DNA of 64,000 nucleotides from an uncultured Chloroflexia bacterium (lineage in GTDB: Bacteria; Chloroflexota; Limnocylindria; QHBO01), in contig CAWBKO010000001.1 in the NCBI GenBank assembly GCA_963789435.1, positions 174,417-238,416 of the forward strand. The letters run 5' to 3'. Within the stretch, counting starts at the first letter, position 1. Every line of letters starts with the position of its first letter. This document shows, piece by piece, positions 22,577 through 33,628 of the stretch. The position numbers and the translations under genes were made by a program. The notes under the pieces are model-generated. The model saw nothing but the letters and a program-made list of their open reading frames with translations, had not been told where the DNA came from and did not search any database.

Positions 22577-23532
22577 GCGGCGGCGGTGGCGCCCCCCAGG
22601 AGCGCGTCGCGCACCCATTGCGTCTCGGCGAAGCTGACGCGGCGGAAGTCGAGGCGCTCCTGCGACGCCGGCCCGTGGCCGGTGACGACCGACTTCAGCT
22701 CGGCCCAGTCGGGCTCGGTGTAGTGCCAGCGGCCGTCGGCCTCGTCGTGGCGCAGCTCCGGGTCCGGGATCACCAGGCCGAGCTCCCGGATGCGGGGCAC
22801 GTAGATCGAGAGGAACTCCTGGCGCAGCTGCTCGTTGTTCTTTGCCTTGATCCCCCAGTGGAGGTCCTTGTCCTTCGCCGGGTCGGTCGGCGGCCCGTGC
22901 ATCTGCATCAGCGGGCCCCACCATCGGTCGAGCGCCTCCTGCACCATGGCGCGCTGCGTCTCGGTCCCGTTCATCAGCGTCAGCACCACGTCGCGCCCGT
23001 GCATGATGTGGACGGACTCCTCCCAGCAGATCTTCTTCATCGTTCGCGCGTACGGCGCGTAGGAGGAGTCGCGCAGCGCCTGCTGGCTGACGATCGCGGC
23101 CGCGTCCACCAGCCAGGCGATGATGCCGACGTCCGCCCACGACCGCGTCGGGTAGTGGAAGACGTTGTGGAACTTCGTCTTGCCGTCGAGCAGGTCGGCC
23201 AGCATCTGCGAGCGCGGCTTGCCGAGATCCTCGGCGACCCGATACAGCAGCTGCGCGTGGCCGACCTCGTCCTGGATCTTGCTCGTCAGCGCCAGCTTCC
23301 GGCGCAGGGTCGGCGCCCGCATGATCCAGTCTCGCTCGGGGAGCACGCCCATCAGCTCCGAGTTGGCGTGCATCTCGACGAACTTGAGGACCGCGGCGCG
23401 GTACTCGTCGGGCATCCAGTTGTCGGCCTCGACCTTGCCGCCGGAGCCGACGTGCGCGTAGAAGGCGTCGGCGTCCCCGGCCTGGTATCGCGGCCGAGCG
23501 TTCAGCGGCTGGATCGTATCGGCGTCATCCAT
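22573..23532 (-). CDS. paaA: Phenylacetate-CoA oxygenase catalytic subunit PaaA (319 aa, intact)
   Basis: DNWMPDEYRAAVLKFVEMHANSELMGVLPERDWIMRAPTLRRKLALTSKIQDEVGHAQLLY (ferritin-like di-iron fold). Confidence 0.9.
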   Translation of the reverse strand: MDDADTIQPLNARPRYQAGDADAFYAHVGSGGKVEADNWMPDEYRAAVLKFVEMHANSELMGVLPERDWIMRAPTLRRKLALTSKIQDEVGHAQLLYRVAEDLGKPRSQMLADLLDGKTKFHNVFHYPTRSWADVGIIAWLVDAAAIVSQQALRDSSYAPYARTMKKICWEESVHIMHGRDVVLTLMNGTETQRAMVQEALDRWWGPLMQMHGPPTDPAKDKDLHWGIKAKNNEQLRQEFLSIYVPRIRELGLVIPDPELRHDEADGRWHYTEPDWAELKSVVTGHGPASQERLDFRRVSFAETQWVRDALLGGATAAA

Positions 23533-23557
23533 GGCTGATAAGGGTACCGCAAGACCT

Positions 23558-23936
23558 CAGCCGTGATGGAGCTCGAGGGTCGTGTCGAGGACCTCGTCGC
23601 GCACCATGGACCTGGCCGTGGCACCGCCGCCGTACTTCGCCAGCAGCTCGTGGCTGCACGCCTCGATCCGTGCCGGGTCGGTCGCGCGCTCGACCCGCAC
23701 CGGCAACGCGGTCCCGTCGATGACGAGCGCCGCAGGGCCGGCAGCGACCGCCTCGCGATACCAGCGCGCGCCGGGCCCCTTGCCACGAGCGGACCAGCAC
23801 CCGGTCGGATGCGTCCACCACCACCCAGATGGTGGCGCGGTGCGCCTCGCCTCCGGCCGAGCGCGTCTCGATGTCGACCTCCGTCGCGTCCCGAAGCCGC
23901 GCGAGCGTGCGCGGCGTCGAAGGCCGGATCAGTCAT
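23558..23936 (-). CDS. Small hypothetical protein (DUF2255 or PPOX-like fold suggested), frameshifted near 23830
   Basis: MTDPAFDAAHARAASGRDG... then ATIWVVVDASDRVLVRSWQGARRAWYREAVAAGPAALVIDGTALPVRVERATDPARIEACSHELLAKYGGG. ATGA overlap with the upstream gene stop. Confidence 0.4.
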
Positions 23937-24172
23937 GCGGGGCCCGCTTCAGCGGCCGATGCCAGCGCTGGTAGGCCTCGTCCCGTCCGGCATCGACGTG
24001 CAGTCCGATCCGGCGCGACCGTCACGTCCGGGCGCGGAACGTAGAGGTCGACCGGAAGCAGCCCGGCGGTCCGCACGAGCAGATAGTCGGCGAAGACGGC
24101 GTCGACGGTCCCGATCCGCGTCGTCCCGCGCCCGAGCAGACGCGCTCCCGGCTTGATCGTCTCCTGCTCCAC
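23933..24172 (-). CDS. Small hypothetical protein, possibly DUF1918-like. Start uncertain (GTG)
   Basis: VEQETIKPGARLLGRGTTRIGTVDAVFADYLLVRTAGLLPVDLYVPRPDVTVAP in a GC3-rich frame. Confidence 0.3.
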   Translation of the reverse strand: MEQETIKPGARLLGRGTTRIGTVDAVFADYLLVRTAGLLPVDLYVPRPDVTVAPDRTARRCRTGRGLPALASAAEAGPA

Positions 24173-24179
24173 GCGACGT

Positions 24180-25094
24180 AGCCTAGCCGGCCTACCGAGC
24201 GCGGCCACCGTCGAGGCCCGAGGACTGATCGTGACGGGAGCGGCAGGCTGCCGAACGGCTCTCCGTCGAGATGGATGCGCGTGTCGCCGTCGCCATCGGC
24301 CTCGACGACGGTGCCGGACCGCATGGTCACCGCCGGATGGTTGACGTGGGTGCCGCGGTACAGGTTCGGGAGCTGTCGCAGCACGGTGAGCCGCGAGATG
24401 TCGCCGACCACGCAGACGTCGAGGCGGCCATCGTCGACGGCTGCGCATCGGGCGCGATGCGCATGCCGCCGCCGTAGTAGGCGCCGTTGGCGATCGCCAC
24501 GAACAGCACGTCCGCCGTCTCCGTCGCGCCGTCGATCGTCAGGCGAATCCGCCGGTTCTCGAAGCGACGCAGCTCGGTGAGCGTCGTGAGCGAGGTAGCC
24601 GGCGCGCCCCGCCTGCCACCCGCTCCGATCGGCCATCGCGGCGGCCACCTGCGCGTCGAAGCCGATGCCGCCCGCGGAGGCGAACCAGCGTTCGCTGCCG
24701 GTGCCGTTGTCGCGCGTGCGCCACGTCGATTGCTCGGGTTGCGTGCCCGATCGCGATCTTCCAGGCGGATGCGAGCTCGACCGGCAGCCCCAGGCTGCGG
24801 GCGAGGTCGTTCCCGGAGCCGAGCGGCACGATCCCCAGCGCTGCCGGCTCGCCGGCCGCGAGCAGGCCGTTGACGACCTCCTGCACCGTGCCGTCGCCAC
24901 CGACGGCGATCACTCGATCGTGACCATGACGGACGGCGTCGGCGGCAAGGGTCTCGGCGTCGCCCGGCCGGCGCGTGATCTCGAGTCCGCACGTCCGGGC
25001 GCGCGCCCAGGCGCTCGCGCAGCCAGTCGACGGACCGCAACGCGCGCCCGCCGCCGGCGGCGGGGTTGACGATCACGAGCGGGGCGAGCGACAT
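24180..25094 (-). CDS. Diacylglycerol-kinase catalytic-domain family lipid kinase (YegS/BmrU-like), with at least four frameshifts. 3' end uncertain
   Basis: MSLAPLVIVNPAAGGGRALR..., VIAVGGDGTVQEVVNGLLAAGEPAALGIVPLGSGNDLARSLGLP, LFVAIANGAYYGGGMRIAPDA, RLDVCVVGDISRLTVLRQLPNLYRGTH. Confidence 0.75.
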
Positions 25095-25138
25095 CGGGGC
25101 ATTGTGGCGATTCGCGTCAACCGCTCGGGCGCGCTACC

Positions 25139-25990
25139 GTGACCGACATGGATCGATTGATGATCGCGATCGCGCGCGTCGCTCGGTGCTGCGGCCGGCG
25201 CCTTCGCCGGGCTGGTCGCCGTACAGCTCATGCGCATGCGTCGCATGGAGTTCCTGCCCGCCTGGCCGGGCTTCGCCATCAACCACATCATCGATGCCCT
25301 CGACCGGCGAGCCGACGAACCCGGCGCACCTCAACATCGTCGTGCTCGGCGACTCGACAACGGCCGGCGTCGGCGTCAGCCGGCCGGAGGATGCGCTCCC
25401 CTATCTCCTCGCGCGGCGCGTCGCCGATGCCGAGATGCGATCGGTCAGGGTCGTCGCTCATGGCTGGGCCGGGGCGCGCGTCGCGCGACCTTCCCCGCAA
25501 CCAGGTGCCGCATGCCACCGCGCCGATCGCTTCCGAATCACCGCGGCGCCGTTCCTGCCGGAGTGCCGACATCGTCGCGGTCGTGATCGGCTCCAACGAC
25601 GCGACCCACCGAACGCCACCGAACCGCTACCGCGCGCGACCTGCGCGCGCACGCTCGAAGGGATCAGGAAGCAGGCACCGAACGCGCGCATCGTGCTTGC
25701 CGGAATCCCCGCATTCCGCGGCGCGCTCCCCGCCCTGGAGCCGCTCATCTTCCTGGCCGACCAGTACGGGCGCCTCCTGCGGCCGATCAGCCGCGGCGGA
25801 GGCGGCGCGGATCGGCGCTGCCTACGCCGATCTGCATGCGCAGGTTCCGGCGCTCATTGCCGGCCGCCGGGACGTCCTGTCGAGCGACAACTTCCACCCG
25901 TCGGCGGTCGGTTACGACGCGTGGGCGGAGGTCATCTTCCAGGCGCTGCAGGCCGGCCCGGCCGACGGCGCCTCGGAGGCCGATCGACCC
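25139..25990 (+). CDS. SGNH/GDSL-family hydrolase, with several frameshifts. Boundaries approximate
   Basis: NIVVLGDSTTAGVGV (block I GDS), ADIVAVVIGSNDATH (block III), RIVLAGIPAF, DNFHPSAVGYDAWAEVIFQAL (block V DxxH). Confidence 0.65.
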
Positions 25991-26103
25991 CCTCGAGGCC
26001 GAGGGCGCCTGAGTACCGACGGCGCTTGCAGCGCCGGGGCCCCGTGGTGCGATGCTGCGCGCGAAGCTCATCCGAGCGGCCCTTGTGCCCACGGGGGAGA
26101 CGC

Positions 26104-27333
26104 GTGCGTCAGGTCCTGGTCTTCGGCATCGCGCTGGCGACGCTGGTCGCCAGCCTCGGCCTTGCCGCGCCCGCTCGCGCCGCGACACCGGCCAAGGTGG
26201 CGATCATCGTCGGCCCGGTCGGCGAGGAGCTGACGCCGGTCTACATCAGCCTGGCCGATGCGGCCGCCACCGCGGCCGAGACGCGCGGCGCGACGGTGGC
26301 CAAGGCGTACTCGCCCGACGCGGACGCCGAGCAGGTGCTGGAGGCGGTCGAGGGCGCCAACATCGTCGTCTACTTCGGCCACGGCGTCGGCACGCCGAAC
26401 CCGTACTACCGATCATCCCAGCGCGGCCACCACCAACGGCTGGGGCCTGAACGGGCCGAAGGCCGACGGCGATCACGCCGACTCGGTCAGCCGACGGCGC
26501 GCTGACCTACTACGGCGAGGCGTGGATCGCGGAGCATGCCCATCCGGCGCCGGGCTGGGTGATGATCTACTCGAACGCCTGCTACGCGCCCGGCGCGTCG
26601 GAAGGATTCGACAAGCCGGCCAACGAGAAGAAGGCCGCCGACCGGGTGGCGGCCTACAGCCGCGCGCCACTGGCCGAGCTTGGCGCATCGGCGTACTTCG
26701 CCACCGACTTCTACGAGGGCGCCGCGCACCTGGTCGGCACGCTGCTGGACCAGCCGACCCTGCCCTACGGCGAGGTCTTCGCCTCCGAGCCGAACTTCGT
26801 CGCCGATGGCGTGGCCCGACTGCCGCACGGCCTGATCGAGGGCGCCGAGACGCTGGCTGCACCGGTCCCCGTACTTCGAGGGCAAGGTCGACTACTGGTA
26901 CGCCTTCGCCGGCGACCCGACGGCCAGCCTGGCGGAGGGCGCAGACGGGGCGCTCGCCGCCGCGCGCGGATGCCGGCGGACCGGCCGATACCCCGCTGGC
27001 GGCCGTGGACGGCCTCGCGACCGGCATGGCCTCGAGCTACGCCGAGAGCATCGGCTGGGAGGGCGAGCCGACGGTCGCCCTGCCGGTCGAGCTCGGCGGC
27101 GGCATGCCGGACGGGGAACCGAGGTGGGTGCTCGTGTGCGCCGACCGTTGCGTCGCGCCTGCCCGTGGTGGACTCGTGCCCGTGCTACGTGGGGACCGAG
27201 GACCAGCGGATCGCGAACCTGTCGCACGCGGCCTGGCGGCTCGTCACGGACGCGCCGCTCGAGGAGGGCCTGATTCCGGTCGAGGTGCACCTGGCTCCGG
27301 TCGGCGTGCCGCTCGGGGTCGCCCGACGCCTAG
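26104..27333 (+). CDS. Secreted hypothetical protein with a signal peptide and a conserved His...Cys pair (GHG ... ACYAPG), possibly a caspase/clostripain-like fold. Several frameshifts. Its 3' end converges on the bcsA-like gene at a shared CTAG
   Basis: VRQVLVFGIALATLVASLGLAAPARAATPAKVAIIVGP...ANIVVYFGHGVGTPNPY...TTNGWGLNGPKADGDHADSV...LTYYGEAWIAEHAHPAPGWVMIYSNACYAPGASEGF...YFATDFYEGAAHLVGTLL. Confidence 0.4.
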
Positions 27334-29311
27334 GCGGCGGCGCCGATCGCGTGCTCGGGATCGGCGCGCCGCTCGTGGCGCGGCTGCGGCTGCCGAGCTG
27401 GAAGCGTCGCGAGAGCGAGCCGATCTCGCGGCGAAGCAGCTCGCTCCACGGCTGCTCGAACGGTGCCGGCGACCGGATAGCGGCCGAGGAAGACCGTGCG
27501 CGCCAGCGCGCCCTTGGCGGGGTATTGCCCGGGCTCGAACTCGAGGGCGTAGTGGTGCTCGCCACTCGCCGCGCGACGCGACGAGCGGATGCGGGCCCAG
27601 AGCGAGGTCGTTCCGCCCGGCAGCTCGAAGCTGACCAGGTGCGTCTCGCGCTCGACCAGCGGCTCGTTGGTCGCCAGCAGCGCGCCGCCGACCGAGACGT
27701 CCTGGACCGAGGCCGTCGCTCCGTCGACGGTGCCCGGCATGTCGACCGCGAAGCGCACGGCGCTGCGGCGCTCGGCGGCGAACCGCAGGGAGCGGACGCG
27801 CTGGGCCGCGACCCACACGAGCGCCGCGTTGACGACCAGCCAGACGAACGCACCGGCGGCGGCCAGCTCGGACGTCGTAGTCGATCGAGAAGACGTCAGC
27901 AGATGGAGGACGTAGACCGTGGCGCCGACGAAGCAGCGCCGAACGCGGCGCGCAGCATGATCGGCGCCTCGATCCGGCCCCGGTTCGCGGCCATCCGGCC
28001 CTTCGGCGTGACGCGGAAACGTGGCCTGCGCGACGTGAAGAGGTTGAGCGTCGCAAGGAAGTTCGGCGACATCCGCACGAGATCGAAGACGATCGACAGG
28101 ATGGGACGATATGCCCCGCGGCCGAGCAGGTAGAGCGCCGCCTGCTGGAGCCCGTAGGTGACCCCGAAGGCGATGGCGAACGTGAGCCCGTCGGCGATGA
28201 TCGGGATGCTGCCCGGAGACCAGGACGAGCGGCGGCAGGGCGAGGAAGCCGAGCGTGCGCCATGAGTCGAACCAGCCGAGCAGGGTTGCGGCGTAGCCGA
28301 GCCGCTGGCCGAGCGTCAGCCCGCTGGCGGTCAGCGGATTCTCGATGCTGGAGCACCTGCATCGCGCCGGTCCCCCATCGGTTGCGCTGAAGCTGGTACT
28401 GGCCGGCATCGTCGGCCGCCAGGCCACGAGCCAGCACCTCGTTGTGATAGACGGTCCTCCAGCCGGCGCGATGGAATCGAATGGTGGTGTGGATGTCCTC
28501 GGTGATGGTGTCGGTCGCAGCGCCGCCCACCGCGCGGAGCGCCTCGGCCCGCACCAGTGCGCTGGTGCCGCACCAGAAGGCGGCATTCCATCGGTTCTTG
28601 CCGGGCTGGAGGAGCCGATAGAAGAGCGTCTGCTCATGGAATGGCTCACCGTAGGCGATCCCGCTTCCGTGCTCGAAGCTGGTGACGTTGTAGAAGTCCT
28701 GCGGCGTCTGGACGAGCGCGACGCGCTTGTCGGCGAAGTAGCCGAGCGTGGCGCGCAGGAAGTCGGGTCCCGCGACATGGTCGGCATCGAGGAAGGCCAG
28801 GATCTCGGCGTCGACCACGCCAAGCGCGTGATTCACGTTGCCCGCCTTGGCGTGCTCATGGGTCGGACGTGCGAGATAGCGCGCGCCCAGCGAGGCCGCG
28901 AGCTTGGCGATCTCCGGCCGCTCACCGTCGTCGAGCACCCAGGTCTCGTGCTCCGGCTCGAGCGCGACCGCCGCCGCGATCGTCGGCACCAGGATCTCGG
29001 GGCCCTCGTTGTAGGTCGGGATCAGCACCGCGACACTCGGGAGCGCGGGCCAGCGCGCGACGGCGGGGCCGGACGTCGACGTCCCACAGGCTGAAGGTGA
29101 ACAGCCCAAGGCCGATGGCTGCATGCACCTCGAAGGCCAGCATCGGTACCGACAGATACCAGGCGTCGATGTTCATGGTTGCGGTGGCTCGCCACGCCAG
29201 GTAGACCGCCGTCGCGCCCAGCGCGAGGACGGCCACGGTGCGAATGAGGAGAAGCCTGCGCGGTGCGTCGGGCGCCGGGAGATGCCCGCGGCGGCGGGAG
29301 GTGGTGGTCAT
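27330..29311 (-). CDS. Processive family-2 glycosyltransferase (BcsA/cellulose-synthase-like) with a C-terminal PilZ (c-di-GMP-binding) domain. Multiple frameshifts
   Basis: N-terminal TMs, then VAVLIPTYNE, DADH, QTPQDF, TED (ITEDIHTT), QLQRNRWGTG (QxxRW). C-terminal PilZ motifs RRSAVRF ... DVSVGGALL. Confidence 0.8.
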
Positions 29312-29377
29312 CGCTGACAGGACACCATCCCGGAGGACAATGGGCCATCGACCAATGGTCCCGCCGGTGGGCGTACT

Positions 29378-30940
29378 CTAGGAGACGGTCACCCGGATGG
29401 TGTGGTGGCCGCGGGCGCCGTCCGGCGCCGGACGCGTCTTCTGATCGGTCTGGATCTCGCCCTCGCCGTCGATGGCGCGGACGCGAACCAGGTGGTCGCC
29501 GCTGGTCGCCTCCCAGCGGCGCACGAACTGGACCCAGGTGGCATCCGAGATCGGGGCGCTCAGCTCGGCCGGCTCCCATCCTTCCTCGTCGATCTGGACC
29601 TCCACCGCGCCGACGCCGCGGTCGGGCGCCCACGCCACCCCGGCGATCGCGATGGTGCCCGCCTCGACGCGAGCACCGTCGCGGGGCACGTCGATCCGCG
29701 ACTGGGTCAGGATCGGCGCCTGCTTGGCCCATCCCAGCGGAACCCAGTACGCATCGAACGCCTCGAGCGTCGTCAGCTCGATCTCGGCCAGCCACTTGGT
29801 GGCGCTCACGTAGCCGTAGAGGCCCGGCACGATGAGGCGGGCAGGGTATCCGTGGTCGGCAGGCAGCGGCTCGCCGTTCATGGTGACGGCAACCAGGGGC
29901 TCGCGGTCGTCGGCGATCGCCCAGGCGGTCGGGAATCCGACGGTGAAGCCGTCCACCGCGCGCCCGACGATCTGCGTCGCTTCGGGGCTGATGCCGGCCC
30001 GATCCAGCAGCTCCTTGAGGCGGACGCCCGACCACAGCGCGTTGCCGACCAGGTCGCCGCCGACCTCGTTGCTGACGCACGCGATCGTGCACGTACTGCT
30101 CGTGGAGGTGCATCGCGACGCAGCTCGTCGTAGGTCAGCTCGAACGGTCGCTCCACCATGCCGGTCAGGCGCAGCCGCCAGGTGGTCATGGTCCGGCCGC
30201 GGCACGAGCAGCGCGGTGTCGATCCGATAGAAGTCGCGGTTCGGGACGACGATGGGAGTCAGCTCCGGCACGTCGAGCGATGCCCCGGCAGGCAGCGCCG
30301 GCGCCGTCTCGACCGGCGCTGGAATCGCTCCGCCCTGTGGCACGGCGTTCAGGCGGCCGCGATCGAGGAGCGTCCGGCCGACGAGGCCGCTCGCCGCCGC
30401 GACGCCGACCACCGCGATCGAGGTTCCCGAGGAAGCGGCGACGCCCCCAGTCGGGCATCTCGGCCACCGGCGCGACGCGCGCTCGGCGGCCAGCCGCATC
30501 AGCCGGCCGAGCAGCCAGATGGCGATCGCCGACGGCTGCGCGCAGCCACGATCAGGGTCGTGATCGGCTCGGACAGCGGATCGCGCAGGCCGGCGCCCAG
30601 CGCCAGGATGCCGCCGAGGGCGATCAGGATGCGCGCCAGTGCCGGGCCGGGTCCGCGCCAGCACGCCGATGCCGGCGGTGATCGCCACGGCCACCGCCGC
30701 GATGAACAGGTTGAGGACGAGCTTGTCGGCCTCGCCGACGAGGTCCACCACGAACTGCTTAGCGCCCGGCGGCTGGAGCGCGATGACCAGGTCGCCGACG
30801 GCGATGATGGGACTCGCCGCACCCGGCAGCAGGCCAGCAAGCAGCTCGGCGCCACCCAGCGCGGCGGCACCCGAGGCAAGGCCCGCGATGGCGGCGGCCG
30901 TGCGGCTCGGGATCGGCTCGGGATCGGATGGCATCGTCAT
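29378..30940 (-). CDS. Sulfite-oxidase (SUOX) family molybdopterin-dependent oxidoreductase with an N-terminal TM region. Frameshifts ~30110-30190
   Basis: FYRIDTALLVPRPDHD..., VRLKELLDRAGISPEATQIVGRAVDGFTVGFP, MNGEPLPADHGYPARLIVPGLYGYVSATKWLAEIELTT, C-terminal Ig-like dimerisation part. Confidence 0.8.
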   Translation of the reverse strand: MTMPSDPEPIPSRTAAAIAGLASGAAALGGAELLAGLLPGAASPIIAVGDLVIALQPPGAKQFVVDLVGEADKLVLNLFIAAVAVAITAGIGVLARTRPGTGAHPDRPRRHPGAGRRPARSAVRADHDPDRGCAQPSAIAIWLLGRLMRLAAERASRRWPRCPTGGVAASSGTSIAVVGVAAASGLVGRTLLDRGRLNAVPQGGAIPAPVETAPALPAGASLDVPELTPIVVPNRDFYRIDTALLVPRPDHDHLAAAPDRHGGATVRADLRRAASRCTSTSSTCTIACVSNEVGGDLVGNALWSGVRLKELLDRAGISPEATQIVGRAVDGFTVGFPTAWAIADDREPLVAVTMNGEPLPADHGYPARLIVPGLYGYVSATKWLAEIELTTLEAFDAYWVPLGWAKQAPILTQSRIDVPRDGARVEAGTIAIAGVAWAPDRGVGAVEVQIDEEGWEPAELSAPISDATWVQFVRRWEATSGDHLVRVRAIDGEGEIQTDQKTRPAPDGARGHHTIRVTVS

Positions 30941-31057
30941 CGGTCGTCACTAGCGTACGCGCGTCGGGAACAGCCGTCCGAATCGGTCGCTGCAGTCCGA
31001 TCGCTTCGCGGCGATGGCCGGGAGCTGCGCTGCGGGGCTTGGGCTAGACTCTGAGAC

Positions 31058-31420
31058 ATGGCCGGCATGCTGTGGGTCAGCGACCGAGAGCCCGGCGTTC
31101 GTCAGCTCTTCGCCGAGCTGCTGCCGGAGGCCGAGGTCCTGGCACCCGACGAGCTCCTTGCCCGACTCTCGCTCGGCCAGCACCCCGATGCCCTGATCAT
31201 CGACGGCACCCAGCTCCTCGAGCTGCCGACCGCCCGCGCGCAGCTCGCTGCTCGGGCTTCCACGGCTCCTCGATCTGCACCGGCATGCTGCTCGCCTCGA
31301 TGCCGACCGAACCTCATCTCCGGCCCGGGCGTGGCCGTGCTCGCCAAGCCGTTCTGCGTCGAGGATCTCGAGGCCGCGGTCGAGTGGCTGCGCGGGGTAC
31401 CCGGATCGCTTCCGGCGCCG
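31058..31420 (+). CDS. Single-domain response-regulator receiver-like protein, possibly a degenerate pseudo-receiver. Frameshifted
   Basis: MLWVSDREPGVRQLFAELL...HPDALIIDG...VAVLAKPFCVEDLEAAVEWL. Confidence 0.4.
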
Positions 31421-31518
31421 TCGGCGCCGTTCGGCGCGCTCGTCCAGCGCCGCCGCGCTCGCCGTCCGCTGCGGGGCCGGCTGCCGGCCCACTGATCGGC
31501 TCCCCTATCATCGGGCGC

Positions 31519-32584
31519 ATGCCCGATCGCATCGACCTCCGCTCCGACACCGTCACGCTGCCGATCGCAGCCGATGCGTCGCGCGATGGCCGATGCCGAG
31601 GTCGGCGACGACCAGTACGGCGAGGACCCGTCGGTCAATCGGCTCCAGGAGGAGATCGCGGAGACTGCTCGGCACCGAGGCCGCGCTCTTCCTGCCGAGC
31701 GGCACCATGGCCAACCAGGTCGCGCTGCGCACCCTGACCCGCCCGGGCGACGACGTGCTGGTCCCGACCGAGTCGCACCTCGTCCTCCACGAGACCGGCG
31801 CCGGCGCCGCGAACGCCGGCGTCCAGTTCAGCGCCATCGGATCGGGTGGGCTCTTCGACGCCGATGCCGTTCGTGCCGCGATCAAGCCACCGGGCCACAT
31901 CGTGTACCCGCCGACCACGCTGCTCGTGGCGGAGAACACCCACAACCGGGCCGGCGGCATCGTGTTCCCGGCCGGATCTGCTGCGCGAGGCGCTTGCCGT
32001 CGCTCGCGAGCACGGGCTCGCGACCTACCTCGACGGCGCGCGCATCCTCAATGCGGCCGTGGCCAGCGGGCGGCCCGCCGCCGATCTGGCACGCGGCTTC
32101 GACCTGGTCGGGCATGTCGCTCAGCAAGGGTCTCGGCGCCCCAGCCGGCTCGATGCTGGCGGGCTCAGCCGACCTGATCGAGCGCGCGCATCGGTACCGG
32201 CGCATGGCCGGCGGCGCGATGCGCCAGGCCGGGATCCTGGCCGCGGCCGGCTCGTACGCACTGGCGCACAACGTCGATCGGCTGGCGGAGGATCACGCGA
32301 ATGCCCGCCTGCTGGCGGAGGAGCTGCTGCGAGGAGACGACATCGAGCTCGACCTTGCCGCGGTCCAGACCAACATCGTCATCTTTCGACCTGGTCGCCC
32401 GCCGCGGCGTTCCCGGATGCGGCGACGTTCGTCGAGCGCTGCCGCGAGCGTGGCGTGCTGCTCAACCCGTTCGGCCCGCGGACCGTGCGCGCGGTCACCC
32501 ACCTCGACGTCGGACGCCGATCAGTGCCGCGCCGCGGCAAAGGTGATGCGCGCCGTCGCCGACGGCGCGACGGTCTCCGCCTAG
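31519..32584 (+). CDS. ltaE: Low-specificity L-threonine aldolase, with at least five frameshifts
   Basis: [108 protein letters not shown]. Confidence 0.8.
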
Positions 32585-33007
32585 ACCTGCTCCATCGGCT
32601 CGACCTTGTCGGGGTCGAGCGTGAGGGACGCCGAGTTGATGCAGTAGCGCAGGCCGGTCGGCTGATCGCGGGCATCGTCGAAGATGTGGCCGAGGTGGCC
32701 GCCGCATCGGGCGCAGTGCACCTCGGTGCGCTTCATGAAGAACGATCCATCGGTCTCGGTCTCGACCGCGTCCGGGATCCTTCGGCGCGTAGAAGGACGG
32801 CCAGCCGGTGCCGGACTCGAACTTGGTGCTCGGCGTCGAACAGCTCGGCGCCGCAGCCGGCGCATCGGTAGACGCCGGAGCCATGCTCGTCCCAATAGGC
32901 GCCGGTGAAGGCCTGCTCGGTTCCCTTCTGTCGGAGGACGCGGTACTGGTCCGGGGTGAGCTCGGCCGCCATTCCGCGTCGGATTTCGTGAGCTTCTCGG
33001 TGGTCAT
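32581..33007 (-). CDS. msrB: Peptide-methionine (R)-S-oxide reductase MsrB, with three frameshifts
   Basis: [83 protein letters not shown]. Confidence 0.85.
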
Positions 33008-33072
33008 TGGATAAGCCTAGCGCTCCAGGTCGTTGAGCGCCCGCGCACGATTGCCCCGGCTATCCTTGGCCG

Positions 33073-33592
33073 ATGCAGCGGCGCATCCTCCTGGCCCCCG
33101 GCGCGTCCGGCAACCTCGAGCAGCTGCGTGCGCACGAGCGCGGCCTCGGCGCGCGGGGCTTCGAGGTGCGGCTCGTCCAGCTTCCCAAGGGGACCGCGGA
33201 GCGAGCCGTCCCCGTCTACGCGGCCGCGATCGAGTCGGCGGGCGAGCCACCACCCATCACCGGTGGCCAGTCGTTCGGCGGGAGGGTGGCGTCGCTGGCG
33301 GCCGCCGAGCTGCCGCCGGCGGCACTCGTTCTCCTCTGCTATCCGCTGCATGCTCCCGGCCGGCAGCCCTCCTGGGACGATCGCACGGCGCACTGGCCAC
33401 GGATCACGTGCCCGGTGCTCCTGCTCTCCGGGGAGTCGGATCCGTTCGCGGAGATCGGGCTGCTGCGGACGCGCCGTCAAGCGACTGCCCGACGCGACCC
33501 TCGTCACCTACCCCGGGGTCGGACACGGCCTCGGTGGCGTGCTCGAGGACGCGCTCGATCGGGTTGCATCCTTCGCGACCGAACGTACCTGA
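33073..33592 (+). CDS. Alpha/beta-fold hydrolase (dienelactone-hydrolase/KANL3-like). Frameshift ~33470
   Basis: ILLAPGASGNLEQLRAHERGL..., nucleophile elbow GGQSFGGRV, CPVLLLSGESDPFAE, TYPGVGHGLGG. Confidence 0.6.
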
Positions 33593-33628
33593 CACAATCT
33601 GGCAAGAATCGGCGGTATCCTCACGCCG

